A program made the translations under genes and the position numbers. The notes below the pieces were generated by a model. It did no database searches and had not been told where the DNA came from. It was given only the letters and a program-made list of their open reading frames with translations. Shown here in pieces: positions 27,108-41,149 of a stretch of 64,000 nucleotides of DNA (the first letter of the stretch is position 1; every line of letters begins with the position of its first letter). Source of the DNA: the human T2T-CHM13v2.0 reference genome, Homo sapiens; assembly GCF_009914755.1 (NCBI RefSeq), contig NC_060927.1. One strand, written 5' to 3'.

Positions 27108-28508
27108 ACATTGAGGTGGGAGGTAGTTCATGTGAAATCTTTTTTTTTCCACAATAATATTTTGTTGGTTTATTTTAAAAGTCATAAACTATTGAATGAT
27201 CTAAGCAAACACATCTGGGAGTTGGATCTACCCCTATGTGGTCATCAATTTGTAAACTCTGTGCCAGTGCTGTTGACAATTCATTATAGCAGAAGCAGTG
27301 AAAGGCCATTTAGCCATGTAATCATCTTGCTTTCATATCACATCATCCATGTGATGCAAGTATTAGAATTTTTGCTCAAGTAAACTCTTAGATACTATAC
27401 TTAAGAGAAATGGTGCCTTAAAATATGCAAGATATAACTGTCAAGGCTTGACACCACATGTATATTGACGGAAGCCAGAATAGCTATTGCTAAAAATGCA
27501 TTTCATTGACTATTCCCTCTGCAAATGTGCCATGATGACAATCAATCAGGATAAATCACACAGCTATTCAACTAATTCATCCATAAAGAAAACTGATAGA
27601 GTGTTGAAGTCAGTGAGGCCAAAATCAGATGCCCATAGCATCTGCATTTGTAGGATATGAAGCTTTAATGGCGGTCTCTCAGAAATTTTAAAAACAGCCT
27701 TATCGGCATTATCCACTGCTATCTACATGGACAGCCTTCCCCATGATTTTCAAGGTCATATAAGTGGTTAAGTATTCACTTCCTTATGCATTTATAAATT
27801 GTAGGGGCTTTCCAGAGAAAGTTCTTTATGACTTACTTATTGCTGCTTGCAATTCTGAAAACTCTAAATTAGAAATGTCAACTCCTTTGTTGGACAATAG
27901 TTTCATATTGGTGCTGGTCAGTGGGATTTCCCAACTTGAATCTCTTACTTAATTACTTTTTATTAATCTGTTTTTTTAACTACTTTTTTTTACTTGGTTA
28001 CAGGATTTACTTCATATGCTACCTCTGGTAATAGTCTTTAGCTTTTGCCCAGCCATGGTTCTCACTATCCCTTTCCTAGAATTTTGCAGTAAGGGCTAAT
28101 GGACTATAGCTTTCCAATCTCATCTGACTCTAAAACCCATTATTACTATGTCTTTCTAAGGCAAAGTTATATCACAGATTTTGGATTGATACAGTGGTAT
28201 TAATGAGCCTTCACAATCACCTCTGCTTACCATTCTCTTACTAGGCTCCTTTTCTTTTACCTTCTGCTACAATGAACTCATCAGTCACAGAAATACAGGC
28301 TTTTCTACACCAATACAGGTGCCCATGCTGTCACCTGTTAATTTGGGAAATAACTTGGTAAATGCTTTACTTGGTGATATATGCAGAATTCTAAACTTTA
28401 TGGCTTTTTGTTTCTTGCTTAAAATATTTCTACTGTTCTGTTCTCCCTTCTAAGTATTTCTGCATATGTTATACGTTGAAATTGCTCCATAATTTTAGAT
28501 GTTCTTGG

Positions 28509-29122
28509 TTTATTTATTTATTTTTACTTTACATATATTTTTTGAGACAGAGTCTCATTCTCTCGCCCAGGCTGGGGTGCAGTGATGCATTCTCGACTCA
28601 CTGCAACCTTCACCTCATGGGTGCAAGCCATTCTGCTGCCTCAGCCTCCCAAGTGGCTGGGATTACAGGTGAATGCCACCACACTCATCTAATTTTTTTT
28701 TTTTTTTTCTGGGACAGAGTTGCTCTCTGTCACCCAGGCTGGAGTCCAATGGTGTGATCTCAGTTCACTGCAACCCCCGGGGTTGAAGTGATTCTCCCTG
28801 CCTCAGCTTCCCAAGTAGCTGGGATTACAGGTGCCCACCACGACACCTGGCTAAGTTTTGTATTTTTAGTAGAGACAGGGTTTCACCATGTTGGCCGGAC
28901 TGGTCTCAAACTCCTGACCTCAGGTGATCCGCCTGCCTCAGCCTCCCAAAGTGTTGAGATTACAGGCGTGAGCCACTGCGCCTGGCTAATTTTTGTATTT
29001 TTAGTAGGAACAGAGTTTCACCATGTTGGCCAGGCTGGTCTTGAACTCCTGATCTCAAGTGATCTGCCCACCTCGGCCTTCCAAAGTGTTGGGATTACAG
29101 GCGTCAGCCACTGCACCGGGCC
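28509..29122 (-). mobile_element. Nested Alus: full AluS (28693-28986) inside the linker of another AluS
   Basis: Right arm, complete Alu, then left arm; CTAATTTTT flanks the inner copy. Confidence 0.88.
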
Positions 29123-29785
29123 CCTATTTTTCCTTTGTATTTCAGTATTTCTCTTTGGGAAGTTTCTATTGAACTTCCCTTGGCTGTGTCAAATCTACCC
29201 ATAAGCCCATCAAAGGCATTTTTCATATCCATATATAGGATTTTTTATTTCCAGCATTTTCTTTTGTTTCTTAGAGTTTCTATCTCTCTGCTGACATTAC
29301 CCATTACTATTTCCATTAGGGCCTTTAAAATGTTAATAATACTTATTTTAAAAAGATAATTCCAACATCTGAATCATATCTAAGTGTTGTTTTGATGGCA
29401 GCTTTGTCTCTTCAGATTGTGTTTCTCCTCGTCCTTTATCATGCCTTGTAATGCTTTATAGAAATCTACACATGCATCAGGTAACAGGAACTGAGATAAA
29501 TAAGTCTTCATTGTGAACATTTATTTTAATCTCTCTAGGGGTAGGATTGTGTTTAATATTTGCTGTAGCTGTAGGTGCCAGGGGCTTCAAATTCAGCTGA
29601 TGATCTTATTTTTCCCTTTGGTCTCCCCTCTTGACTTTACGCTTCCGTAAGTATGTACTTCTTTCCAAATAGAGAGCTTTTTCAGTTGTAATCCACTGCC
29701 ATTGTGTTGAAGCCTGATGGTATGGTGTTAAGATGTAGGAGAGATATTGCATGATTAAAATCCTCCAATTAAATCTTAGTGTGTG
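29123..29785 (-). mobile_element. Old L1M 5'/ORF1-region relic (continues ~30710-31650)
   Basis: T-rich antisense L1M motifs (TAATTCCAACATCTGAATCATATCTAAGT). Confidence 0.55.
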
Positions 29786-29817
29786 TTTTTTTGTTTGTTT
29801 GTTTGTTTTTTTTGAGA

Positions 29818-30603
29818 TGAAGCTGTGTTGTTGTCTGAGGAAATACTGGAGGTTCATTGTCTCATGCCAAGGAAATCGAGGATGCAGAAACATAAAGAGT
29901 ACGCCTAAGAACGGAAGTTTAAGCTGGATGCTGTGGCTCACGCCTGTAATCCCAGCACTTTGGGAGGCCGAGGCGGTTGGATAACGAGGTCAGGAGTTCA
30001 AGACCAGCCTGGCCAAGATGGTGAAACCCTGTTTGTACTCAGCAACACTCTGTCAAAAAAAACAAAAAAAAGAACGGAAGTTTAATAGACAAAAGTAAAA
30101 AGAAAGCTTCCTCGTGCAGAGGAAGGGGACTGGAATGGGTTTCTAGCCTTGCAACAAGATGCAGCTGCTTTTACAGATGAGCTTGAGGAGGCACTGTCTG
30201 ATTTACATAGGGCACAGAGGATTGGTTGGACCAGATGTGTCATTTACATAGCATGCAAAGAGGCTGGTCATCCCACCCTAATCTTTTATTATGTAAATGA
30301 AGTTTTCTACCTGGCCTGCGCCATGCTGCCCATTTCTTTACTGCACATGTGGTGACAAAGAAAAGGGACCCCTATGTTGAATATACCTGATTTCCAGGTG
30401 TCCTTTTTCTATTGGCACAGCTGCTGGCATTCATCTGTGCAAGCTTCCACTTGCTTATCTATGCTTGCAGCTTGATTTTGCAGGCTGCTTTTTGTTAAAA
30501 AAGAAGTTACTTGGGGGCTGCTTTTTATTAAAAGGAAAACCTTGCCGAGGACTCTGTTACCTTCACTATCTGCCTAAATAATTTCTTTTTAGCTCCTGTG
30601 TCA
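29818..30603 (-). mobile_element. Solo ERV1 LTR (MER50-like) inserted in an Alu
   Basis: TG...CA termini; 4-bp TSD GAGA at 29814-29817 and 30604-30607; minus start TGACACAGGAGCTAAAAAGAAATTATTTAGGCAGATAG. Confidence 0.8.
29922..30069 (+). mobile_element. Internally deleted AluS (left arm plus tail) inside the LTR
   Basis: TSD AAGAACGGAAGTTTA(A) at 29907 and 30070. Confidence 0.88.
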
Positions 30604-31095
30604 GAGATAGGGTCTTGCTCTGACACCCAGGCTGGAGTGCAGTGATGTGATAGAACTTCTGGGTCTCCCAAGAGGCTAGGATTACAGGCACTTCCACCAC
30701 CATGCCCCACTCACATCTCAGTGTCTATATCCTGGGGCTACGACCTTCATGATCTAGCTTTTATCCCCCTACTTCTCCCTATTCCCTTCCCTGGCTGCAG
30801 CATCCTCGGTGTATTTCCTTGAAACCTTGATTGCTGTTGACTTGTTTTCCCTTCTTAGGTGAGACCAGGAGGCTAAAGGGAGCTTCAGTGGGAGGAATGC
30901 CTCTACTGTGATAAACTCTTAGCAGAGTCTTTCTTTTGGAGTATCAGCCTTTATTAAGGAGAAGACTGAGCTATTTCACAATGATTAATCTTCTCTTCCA
31001 CCTGCCAGAGCCATGAAAAAACATCTTTTCAGATGTTTACTGTGAGAACCTGGTGGGGTTCCTAAATATAAAGCCCTTTAAAGTGTGGGAGACCC

Positions 31096-31376
<281 letters not shown>

Positions 31377-32385
31377 CTACCCCTAAATATCCAGCTCCTA
31401 ATAGTTTCTCACTCTCACAGTAATTCATACACAGCCCACAGCAATTCATTACAATTACCAAATGAATGTTCCTATCAGTGTATGGCACCAGCTTGTTCTC
31501 TTCCAGGTAAGTAGATCTCAGGTATGTCTCTCTGGATGCACCCGATGAGTCCAAGAAAAGTTACTGATTTTCAGTTGGTTCAACTGTTTCTTGTCATAGG
31601 CCAAGTATGACGTCCAAATTCTTTATATGTCAGAGCTGAACGAGACTCCTAAGGCTTTTTTTTTTTTTTAACTTTTTTCTTTTCTTTTTTGATGTTTAGA
31701 AGATATGGCAGTATTCCAGTACGTGTTAAGAGTATCCTGGATGGGAGGATGGCAACCACTAAAGCCAGTCTCTAGTCTTTTCAATTCCACCAAGTTCTTC
31801 GAAGAATGAAATGACTTCTTCCGGCAATCACAGCCTTGCAGAAAATCTGTGCTCCTCGAGCATAAATGCTAGTTGAAGCTAACAGGGACAGAGTTGATTA
31901 ATGAACTAAAGGTACACTGCTGCTCCTGTTAATACATGCAAAGTTTACATGTTCCCAACATCAATGGGCTTTTGCATAACTGTGATATCTTCTCTGAGCT
32001 AATAATCTAGGTTGAGGTACTTGAGGGGTTCAGAGTATACCACCCTGAAATAGACTACTCTGGCATAAGAATTGTTTTGAGCTAAAGGCAACTGAGGGAA
32101 AAACAGACACAGGACACACTCTCTGTCCTTCCTTTCTCTACCAGGAAGACTAGAACAATTCTTAATCACCTGAGACAATGCTAGACTCTTATCAGCCCAG
32201 AGATGGCACCAGAGGAACCTACATAACTTTACTAAAAGAAATTGTATCTTCTATTAGTTTCAGCCTCTATATATAGCCCTCCACAAGTTATAGCCCTTGG
32301 AAGGCTAACAGTCTTTTGTCTTATGTCTTGCCACTTTTCTACACATTTATTATTATTTGCTAAGGTACTATATATGCACAAGTTC

Positions 32386-32607
32386 TTTTTTTTTATTTTT
32401 TATTTTTCCTGAGATAAGATCTTGCTCTGTCACCCAGGCTGCAATGCAGTGATGTGATCATAGTTTACTGCAGCCTCCAACTCCTGGCCCAAGGGATCCT
32501 CTAGCCTTAGCCTCCCAAGTAGCTAGGACTACAGGTGCACTCCACCAAACCTAGCTAATTTTGTACTTTTTGTAGAGATGTGATCTTGCTATGCTGCCCA
32601 GTCTGGT
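32386..32607 (-). mobile_element. AluJ, truncated
   Basis: T-tail, right arm, linker, part of left arm. Confidence 0.88.
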
Positions 32608-32750
32608 ATGCTCAAGTTTAATCACCCCTTTGAGTCACTTGTCACTGAGGTTTCTCCCAAGTGATGTGCACTGCACACATTAATAAACTCTTTGTTTTTC
32701 TCATATTAATCTATCTTTTGTGAGTTTAGTTTACAATGAACATAAGATAG

Positions 32751-33093
32751 TGTCTTATTCTATTCGGGCTTTTATAACAAATTACCATAGACTCAATATT
32801 TATTTCTCGCAATTCTGGAGGCTGAAAGTCTTAGATCAGAGTGCCAGCATAGTTAGGATCTGGTAAGAGTCCTCTTCCAGTTTGCACAGTTGACATCTCC
32901 TTGTATCCTCACATAATGTAAAAAGGGCAAGCTAGCTCTCCAGCCTCCTCTTCTAAGGGCACTAGTCCCATTTATGACAGTTCCACTCTCATGACCTAAT
33001 TACTTCCCAAAGGTGACACTTCTAAACACCATTACATTGGGATTCGAATTTCAACATGAATTTTTGGGGAACACAAACATTCAGTCCCTTGCA
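32751..33093 (-). mobile_element. MaLR LTR, MLT1A-like
   Basis: TGTCTTA...AATTACCATAGACT...TTCTGGAGGCTG...CACAAACATTCAGTCCCTTGCA; TSD GATAG/GATGG. Confidence 0.82.
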
Positions 33094-33524
33094 GATGGGT
33101 AAAGGGAAAAGATTTTTCCTCCCTTACATACTCCATTTGTTATCTATTCTGAGGCTTGAGAATTTCCTACAAAATGGATATGTTTAGATAGAGAAAGAGA
33201 AATTTTGCTAAATGATGCCTGTAAAGCTTAGCAGTTAGAAGTTTATGTATCTAAAATCCTAATAAGCCTATGTTGGATGATACCTTATAAATCCTCCTTT
33301 CTTTCATTGTGAGGGAAGGAGCTGAGTCTTAGAGAGGCTGAGCCACATGTTCAAGAGTTTAATGAGTAGTGGGGTCAGTAGAAGCCATGTCTTTCTAACT
33401 CTAAAGATAATGGCAGCCTGTGTAAGACAGAGACTCTTAGGTTTTGTGTTGTCTCCTCTCTATGCTTCTTCCCTCTACTTCAAGACCTCTCCTACCAAAG
33501 CCTGTCTAAAGCCATGAATAGATG

Positions 33525-34002
33525 GAGCTTTTTCTATTGCTGCTGCAACAAATTACCACAAATTTAGTGTCAAGTAATACATATTTTATGTTATAGTTCT
33601 GGAGGTCAGAGTCCAAAATAGATTACTAGGCTAAAAAGAAAGTATCTGTAGGGCTGCAGTCCTTCTGGAGGCTGTAAGGAAGAAACCATTCTGTGGCTTT
33701 TTCTAGCTTTTAGAGGTCATCCACATTCCTTGGCTCATGGCTCCCTTCCTCCATCATCAAAACCAACAAGGTTTGGCTGAATACTTTTGAGGCTGCCGTC
33801 TTTCCAATTCTCTTGCTTCTGTCTCCTCCTGCACTTTTGAGGAGATGACATTAGGTCCACCTTGAAAGTCCAGGATAATCTTCCTATTTTAATGTCAGCT
33901 GGGTAGCACATTTAACTGTCCTTTGCTATACAACCTAACATATTCACTGTTTCTGGGGATTAGCTATGGACATCTTTGGGAGACCATTATTCTGCCTGCA
34001 CC
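33525..34002 (-). mobile_element. MaLR LTR, MLT1C/D-like
   Basis: TATTGCTGCTGCAACAAATTACCACAAATTTAGTG...GGACATCTTTGGGAGACCATTATTCTGCCT. Confidence 0.8.
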
Positions 34003-34043
<41 letters not shown>

Positions 34044-34045
34044 GA
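34003..34045. repeat. (GA)n microsatellite
   Basis: Direct observation. Confidence 0.9.
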
Positions 34046-35454
34046 AATTCCTCTCACAGCATATGGTTGGGAAGTTGATATATTAATGTATAAGTGAGGA
34101 GATAAAAACAAGACTGCTGGTAAATAAGACAGTATAGGACAATTAATTGATGAGATTCAGGTTATAGCCATTGGAATAGAGAGAAGGCACAGATCTAAGT
34201 GCACTGGATATATCCAAGAAAGTTACATCTATCTGGGTAATGAAGACTGCATAGCTATTGGATGAGGCAGGAAGGGACCCCAGTGAAGTGAGGAGCAGAG
34301 TTAGGAAAGAAGGCATCATGTGTACAGCACAGGGATGGAACCGACTCTAACGAGTTAGGTCATGTTGATAACTAGCAAGAAAACTGTGGATAGGAAGGGT
34401 AAGATGAAATTCTGTTTACTCTTAAAGCTAGACAGGGAATTCTTATGAAAGGACAATTTTAAAAAATCCAAGTAAATGGTACATGAATTCTCCTTGGCTT
34501 CAGAGCACATGGACAATGATTAATTGCAGCAATATCATATGAAATCACCATTCTGTAGGTCAAAAATTGTCAAATATCTGCAATTTCTTATGATTCACCT
34601 TAAAAGAAGTGTAGAGGCTCAATATTACTCTAGAAACGTGGAGGGAGATTCAATGATCAGAAAGTTGTCCTTTAAAATCACCACAAGAGGGTGGTAAAGA
34701 ATTATGCTTTATATCGCACACCTGCAGAATATTGGTCTTTCCACACACAAAAATAATTATTTAAATGTATGTAAGATGGAGCTTTGGAGATGTTTTTCTT
34801 TCTAATTTGTTGTTGTTAATCATACTTAAAATAGCGTGATTTGGCATCCACAAAGTATATTGGCTGCTAGCTGGACGTCTTCAATGCAGAGAACACCAAT
34901 TACATGCACATATCTCCATCTTCCATATGTGTATGAATGCGCTTAAAATGCAACAGATTCATACATAAATTATAAGCACCTCATCACTGTCAAACTTCTA
35001 ATCTATGATGATGAATTAAATAGAATTTTAAATGGAGAAATCTATATTTTAAATTCATTTCCCTATCTTGTTTATAAAATGAAATATTGAAATGAAGTTA
35101 GGGGAGTGGTCCTGTGGTTCATGTTCAAATGTTAGTCAAGCTCCGGCTGTTTACCGTTCTCAGTGACCTTGATTAAATTGCTCAACTCAGCTGGGAACTG
35201 AATTGTGTATTTAGAGGATTAAGCAGTGCTGCCCGACATTTTAGAGTTAGACACACCTACTATAACTTGCTTTGGCATTAACGCTGGGCTTCTCTTGAAT
35301 TAAAATGGCAATCTCCATTCTGCAAGGGAAGGTCTCAGGGACTTGAAGATATGTTTACTCTATCCAATAACACGGGTATTGATTTCTGATTTCTTTTTTC
35401 ATTTCCCTTCTTTATAACTTAAAATTCCCAACATTTTAGTAGAGACGTATTTAA

Positions 35455-35962
35455 TCTGTAGTGTTTGATTATTATATGTGCACCTGTGCCTGCAAGTGTA
35501 TCTGTATGTGTGCCTGTGTGCATGTGTGCATGGATGTATATGAGTGTCTGCATGTCTGCCTTGTGATATGTGAGTGAATACTTACCCAATGTGTGTGCAT
35601 CTCTGTGTTTTGTTGTGTGTTTTCCTATGTGCACTACATAAGTGTGTGAGGGTTGGGTGTATGAGAGTCTGTGCATGTGTGTCTGCAGGAAGTACATATG
35701 CAAGTATGGCACACGCATTGGCATACATTGATGTGCACTTGTGTACATACGCGTTTGTGTGTGGGTGTGAGATATACATTGTGGTGTGTTCATGTGTGAC
35801 GTGTGTGCACAGGCATGTGCAAGAGTGTGCTGGTGTGTGTGCATGCATGTGTGTGTCCCTAATGTGCATGTGTGTGTGTCTGCATGTGTATTTGAGATTT
35901 TGGTAGGCAAGTAGGGAGATTGCAAATTGAGTGTGTGTAGGTGCATATGTGTATACATGTGC

Positions 35963-36000
<38 letters not shown>
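35455..36000. repeat. Degenerate (TG/CA/TA) alternating low-complexity tract ending in pure (TG)16
   Basis: ~550 bp of GTGT/GCAT/GTAT mosaics; pure TG run at 35968-35999. Confidence 0.88.
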
Positions 36001-39000
36001 ATAAAGATAAAGAGCTAGATACATTGTCTTTAGAACCGTATTCACAGTTGAGCGCCTTTCTCTGAGCCAGGAGAATCCAGTGTGCTCCTTGTACCCTCTC
36101 AGAGTTTAACAAGGGAAAGCTTTGAACTTTCAACTTTAGTGCCGGGGCTGCTACTCCTTTTGCCTTTCCCTCTTCCCCCATAAAACGTCTGTTTATGTAT
36201 TGTGTAAGAACCCATTTTAAACCCACCAACCTCCCCTTACTTTTCACTTACTCTGCGTAAAAGCTTAGTCAAGTTTAAGAGCACTTTAAGAGCATAGGTG
36301 ATTCGTCAGGGTGTGAGAACTATGATTCAGGTATTTATTTTCATCACTTCATACCTTTACTTTCTCTAGTATTTGACAGTTTGGGCTCTCGGGTAATATC
36401 ATAAATGACTTTGAGTTTCTTTGGAGAAGAAAAGTGTAAAATAGACTTTGAAATGATCTTTTTATTAATGTGACCATTTCATTAGCCACGGCACATTTTT
36501 TTTAAGAATATATTTTCAGTGAATCTTTTAAAGCTCATTTTATGCCTGCCTTTATTTAAACTCGATATTCTTTGGCAAAAATGCCGGAGTAGACTTTGCA
36601 AGTCCTGTTTTCTTGGAAACAGATGATTGCTCACCTTTGAGGTTTGTCTTGAGAATGTGCTCTCTGATCTTCTTAGAGTTTAGTGCATAATCAGTTTTTC
36701 TTCTTTTTTTTCCTGGCTCAGCAAATTTTCCAAGCTAGGTTTTTCTAGTTTTGGAGTATTTGGAAAAAAGCAAGTGACTTTCTAGTCAGGGAGTCCGAAG
36801 GTCACATCCGGAGCCAACCGCATGTCAAGTTTAATCTCCTGGCCTTTACAACTATTAATATTTACTCATGATGTCTTCTGGACATCTACAAAATTTTAGT
36901 CCACACTGTACAATTAGGAAACAAATTATATACTGCTTTTTTAATCTATTTTTTTTAACAGGAGTGGCTTTGGTTTCTTTTTTAATGTATTCCTTCTTAC
37001 TGTTATATAGTAGGCTTGCCATAAATTTCTATTGTTAGTCCTTGATATTTTATGAATAAAAAATTTTAAAAACTGATAGTTTCTCAGATAATGTATAGTT
37101 GAAACATGTTAATGCCGTCGATTTGCTGCATAAGAACCAGAACACCTCACCACCACATCATCCAAAATGGAGTTTATGCTTCAAAAGAAAGGGAGTAAAG
37201 CTGTTGGCTTTAAATGTATAGAGACTACATAAACATTTCTTGCAACACTTGATTTACCTACATAATGTCAAGTATTTGTTGGCATCATGAAAGACAAGAT
37301 TTTGGGGGATGAGATATGACTTAACCTACAGAAGTTTCTAGAAATGCCAAGATTTTCAAATTATTATTATTACTACAAAGAAGCATAGACATTCAGGTCA
37401 TTTTTAACTCATATTTAATAGACATATGAGCTATTCCTCTGAAAGAAATGCTGGAAGACTATGTTTATCAGTTGACAGTGTCAAAATTAGGGTCTAAAAT
37501 GTGAATCGATCAACAGGACTCCTCAATTATCAGCTTGTTTTGTTCTTCTTGATCCATGGCTATTATCTCTGTTCTTCCAATTCCACTTCAGGATTTGTTA
37601 GTGCATATTCTCTCCCTTTTGAGATTAATCCATCCTTGATTTCATTGTCTTCTCATTCCCCTCTTATATGCTATAGCTGATCTGACAGCGTGATTTCTGT
37701 CTGCCAACTGAATTCACATGCATTTTCCAAACTCAGTTCAATTAGCTGATTTTGATCAGTTTATTGTATGCAAAATAGTCTTAGGAACTGTAGATACACA
37801 AGGACAATTCTCTTCCCCATACTTAATATGGTCATAAGCCTTTGGTTGTATACAGAAAAACTGGAAGAAGATCTTTAGGCTTCAAATTATTTCACCATAA
37901 GACTCAGCAGCTCAGTGTAGTACTCAATGAGATAATAAAAACATTTTTGATACAAAAAAAGTACCTGTTTCTTTCACTGCTCTTTGGATTGCCTACTCTT
38001 AATGTTTCATCTCCATGTTTACACAGATTAGCTGATCAAAACAGGAGTGATGACAAACTAGTAAATGTATGATTTTGTGTTTATCCAGTCATAGCTACTT
38101 CTACTGTAGGTATTACTGAGTCCACATGGGACTGTGGGCTTGTGACACATTGACTGCAGTTCTTCAAGAGCCAGGAAATTTTCTCTAACTCAAATTCACT
38201 CTTCTACTTTAAGAACAGAAAGGCCAATGATAAATTATATAAGAAGATATAACAACAAATTTGGATAGCATGTTGATTGCAAAACATTCTGAGTGAGGTT
38301 CAGTGTCGCTGATAAGGTGCAGAGAAAGTTGTGGAGAGACTCATGGCTGCTTCACTACTTCATGGGCAACTTGCCTGGCTTTTCTTCCCTTTGTTCCAGA
38401 TTTACTTCAGCCTTACTCACTTTATGTCACTTCTCTTCAGCCAATTCCGTTTATTAAACAGATATTGAGCAACCATCAGATGCCAGACATAACCATATGT
38501 TCTAGACAGCAGCTAATATACTATCTGGTAAATAGTAGTAGTACACTATAAATAGTTGAGATTAACAACTGTGTGAAAAGCGAATAAACAAATGTATAGT
38601 TTTTCAAACATGGAGATATTCCCCTATTTGCCTCTCACTGATTTGGGGATATAGCTAACATTTCTGGCCCCGTAGTTGTACTTTCACTGAGGGGTCATTC
38701 TTGCTGACTCTCTGGACCCTCTGTGCCTATGTAGCACTTTGGTGCCTGTCTGTTGTCTTCTTGCAATCTTCCACTTCCCTGCTCTCTTGGATCCTTGTAG
38801 CTCCTTTCCATGTAGATGGAATACCATGCCAGGATCTTCTTTGCCAAATAATTCTATGGTCTCTAAAATTATTGACTTCAGATTTAGTGCACAACAAATA
38901 AAAGCCTGAGTCACTTATTTGTTGAATCACTCATTAATTTGTTTTTTAAGAAAAATAAGCTTCTACCAAATGCTGGGCCATGCTGCAAAAAGGGAACCCA

Positions 39001-40048
39001 CACTCAACAAAAAGCAGTTCCTACACTGGAAATGGACACAAGGACAAGAAAACTGGTAATTATCAAAAGACAGCCTGACTTGAGCACTAAAAAACTGTAT
39101 TGCACGAAAACCCATCCCTAAAGTCTCCAAAACAGCCACATTGTTAGAAAAGTATCCAATGCATAATAATTTCATTGAATATTTGCCAAATAACATTTTT
39201 AGATGGACAAACATATCTATTCTATTAAGTCAATACAAAATAAATAGCATCAAACAAAGAACTGATAGTGATTGGAATGACAAGAATTAGATCAAAATTT
39301 TAAAAGTGGTATTTTAAGATGTAAATGAACTCAAACTAAGCTAGTAGCACTAATAAGATAGAAATTCTAGGAGACTTTCTTAAATAAGGAGGTAAAAATT
39401 ATTTCAATTAATTCAACAGCTTTTGAAATAGTGCCTCTAAAGTGATAACAAATGCTTGAAAAGAGTTTGCTTTCCTCAATAGTTTTTATAAAACTCTGTT
39501 GAGTGGGTAGTGCCTGTTAAAGGTCACTCCAGCCATTCCCCATGATCATAAACTTCAAATGAGTGCCTTCCAAATGAATGAAATTTTACTGTGAAATAAT
39601 TCTGCTCATTTCTGCCAGGCTTCATGAATGCTTTGAAAAATTTCAGGAACCCAGTCCTGATAAGCTACTAGGAAGTCAACTTCATTATGCAGTTATGGTC
39701 ACCAATTTTTTTCCTGGGAATGACATATAAAACCTCTCATCTGAGCAAAATGAGGCAGATTAATGTTGCATAAAACATATACAGTCTGGATTACAAAATC
39801 GCAAAAGCTATCTCTTGGCTAGAGAAGCCTTCCCTCTTTAGATGCCTGTAATTTCAAGAGAAATTTCCCTAGAGCTTAATATTTCTTCCTCTTACAAACA
39901 GAAAATTCTACATAATAGAAATAAACCTTGATATAAGGAAATTTTAGTCAGCTTTGCTTGCTGGCTATGAAATATAAGTATAAATTATTACTTTAACCTT
40001 TTGCCTATGCCAACTTTACCTTCAAAACTAAATATTCTCCTCACAAAG

Positions 40049-40429
40049 TGATATGGTTTGGCTGTGTCCTCACCCAAATCTCATCTTGAATTGTAGTTCC
40101 CATAATCCCCATGTGTCATGGGAGGGAGCTGGTCGGAGGTAACTGAATCATGAGGACAGTTAACCCCATGCTGCTTTTCTCATGATGGTGAGTGAGTTCT
40201 GACAAGATTTGATTGTTTTTATAAGGGGCTTTTCCCCCTTTGCTCAGCACTACTTCTCCTTCCTGACGCCATTTGAAGAAGGATGCATTTGTTTCCCCTT
40301 CTACTACGATTGTAAGTTTCCTGAGGCTTCCCCAGCCCTGCGGAACTGTGAGTCAGTTAAACCTCTTTCCTTTATAAATTACCCAGTCTTGGGCAGTTCT
40401 TTATAGTAGTGTGAGAATGGACTGATACA
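40049..40429 (+). mobile_element. Solo THE1 LTR (THE1D-like)
   Basis: TGATATGGTTTGGCTGTGTCC...GGACTGATACA; TSD CAAAG/CAAGG. Confidence 0.92.
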
Positions 40430-41149
40430 CAAGGTTCTCAAAGTAAACTGTTATGAGAATCACTAGACTTGGGAAATTATACCAAAATCAGTTTCAGGAA
40501 ATAATTATTTTAAAGTAAAGTGTTAGAAATGGTTGGCAGGTTTGCAGGGTCAGTGTCCACATTGGAAGCTGTTGCAGCACGAAACCAATTTGCTCTTCAC
40601 TCATCTCCTCATCTCCCATCTCTTCCTCTTCTTCAATGCATCTCCTAATCCTCTTTAAATATAGTTTTTATTCTGTCACTCTGCCACTAAAAATCTTTCA
40701 ACTGCTGAAAGGACATATTTTGAGCTTCCATTTGTGTACTTAACATATCTTTCCAAGGAGAGGATTGGTTCGGATGATCAACCCTTAAGGGGTGAAAAGG
40801 TTAAGTATAGGTAATAAAGGGTTACTTCCTATTTGGAATCCACACTTACAGACAAACTACTGCAAGATTAGCTTCTAGAGACCCCAGTAGGATTAAGAAT
40901 AACTGGGGGTTGTAGAGGACAATGGAAGTAATATGGTCTCATCTCCTGACAACATCTCTGGGGAGGTACTAACAAGCATGTGTTTCCTACAGGCAAGAAG
41001 CTGTAGGGGGGGTGAAGAGGCTGCAAGTCTTCAAAAATTCACAAATTGGATTATCAATTCTTAAGGAGTCGGCCATTGTAGCAAACCATGCCTTGAGGCA
41101 TGGAGTTGAAATGCCACTTAAAGCAAGAATGAAGAAAAGCATTCCTTTT

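Larger units (their letters stand above)
32022..33128 (+). mobile_element. ERV1 LTR (MER34/MER39 group) interrupted by AluJ and MLT1A
   Basis: TGAGGGGTTCAGAGTATACCACCCTGAAAT...CCCTTACA; 4-bp TSD TACT on both sides. Confidence 0.72.

Noticed and set aside
28476-29204. Alu-derived ORFs (also at 4475, 4789, 8658, 20330, 31149, 42624, 52542)
   Set aside because: Typical antisense-Alu peptides ([14 protein letters not shown]); not genes.
35419-36247. His/Thr- and Cys/Val-rich ORFs of 110-221 aa
   Set aside because: Translations of TG/CA low-complexity sequence.
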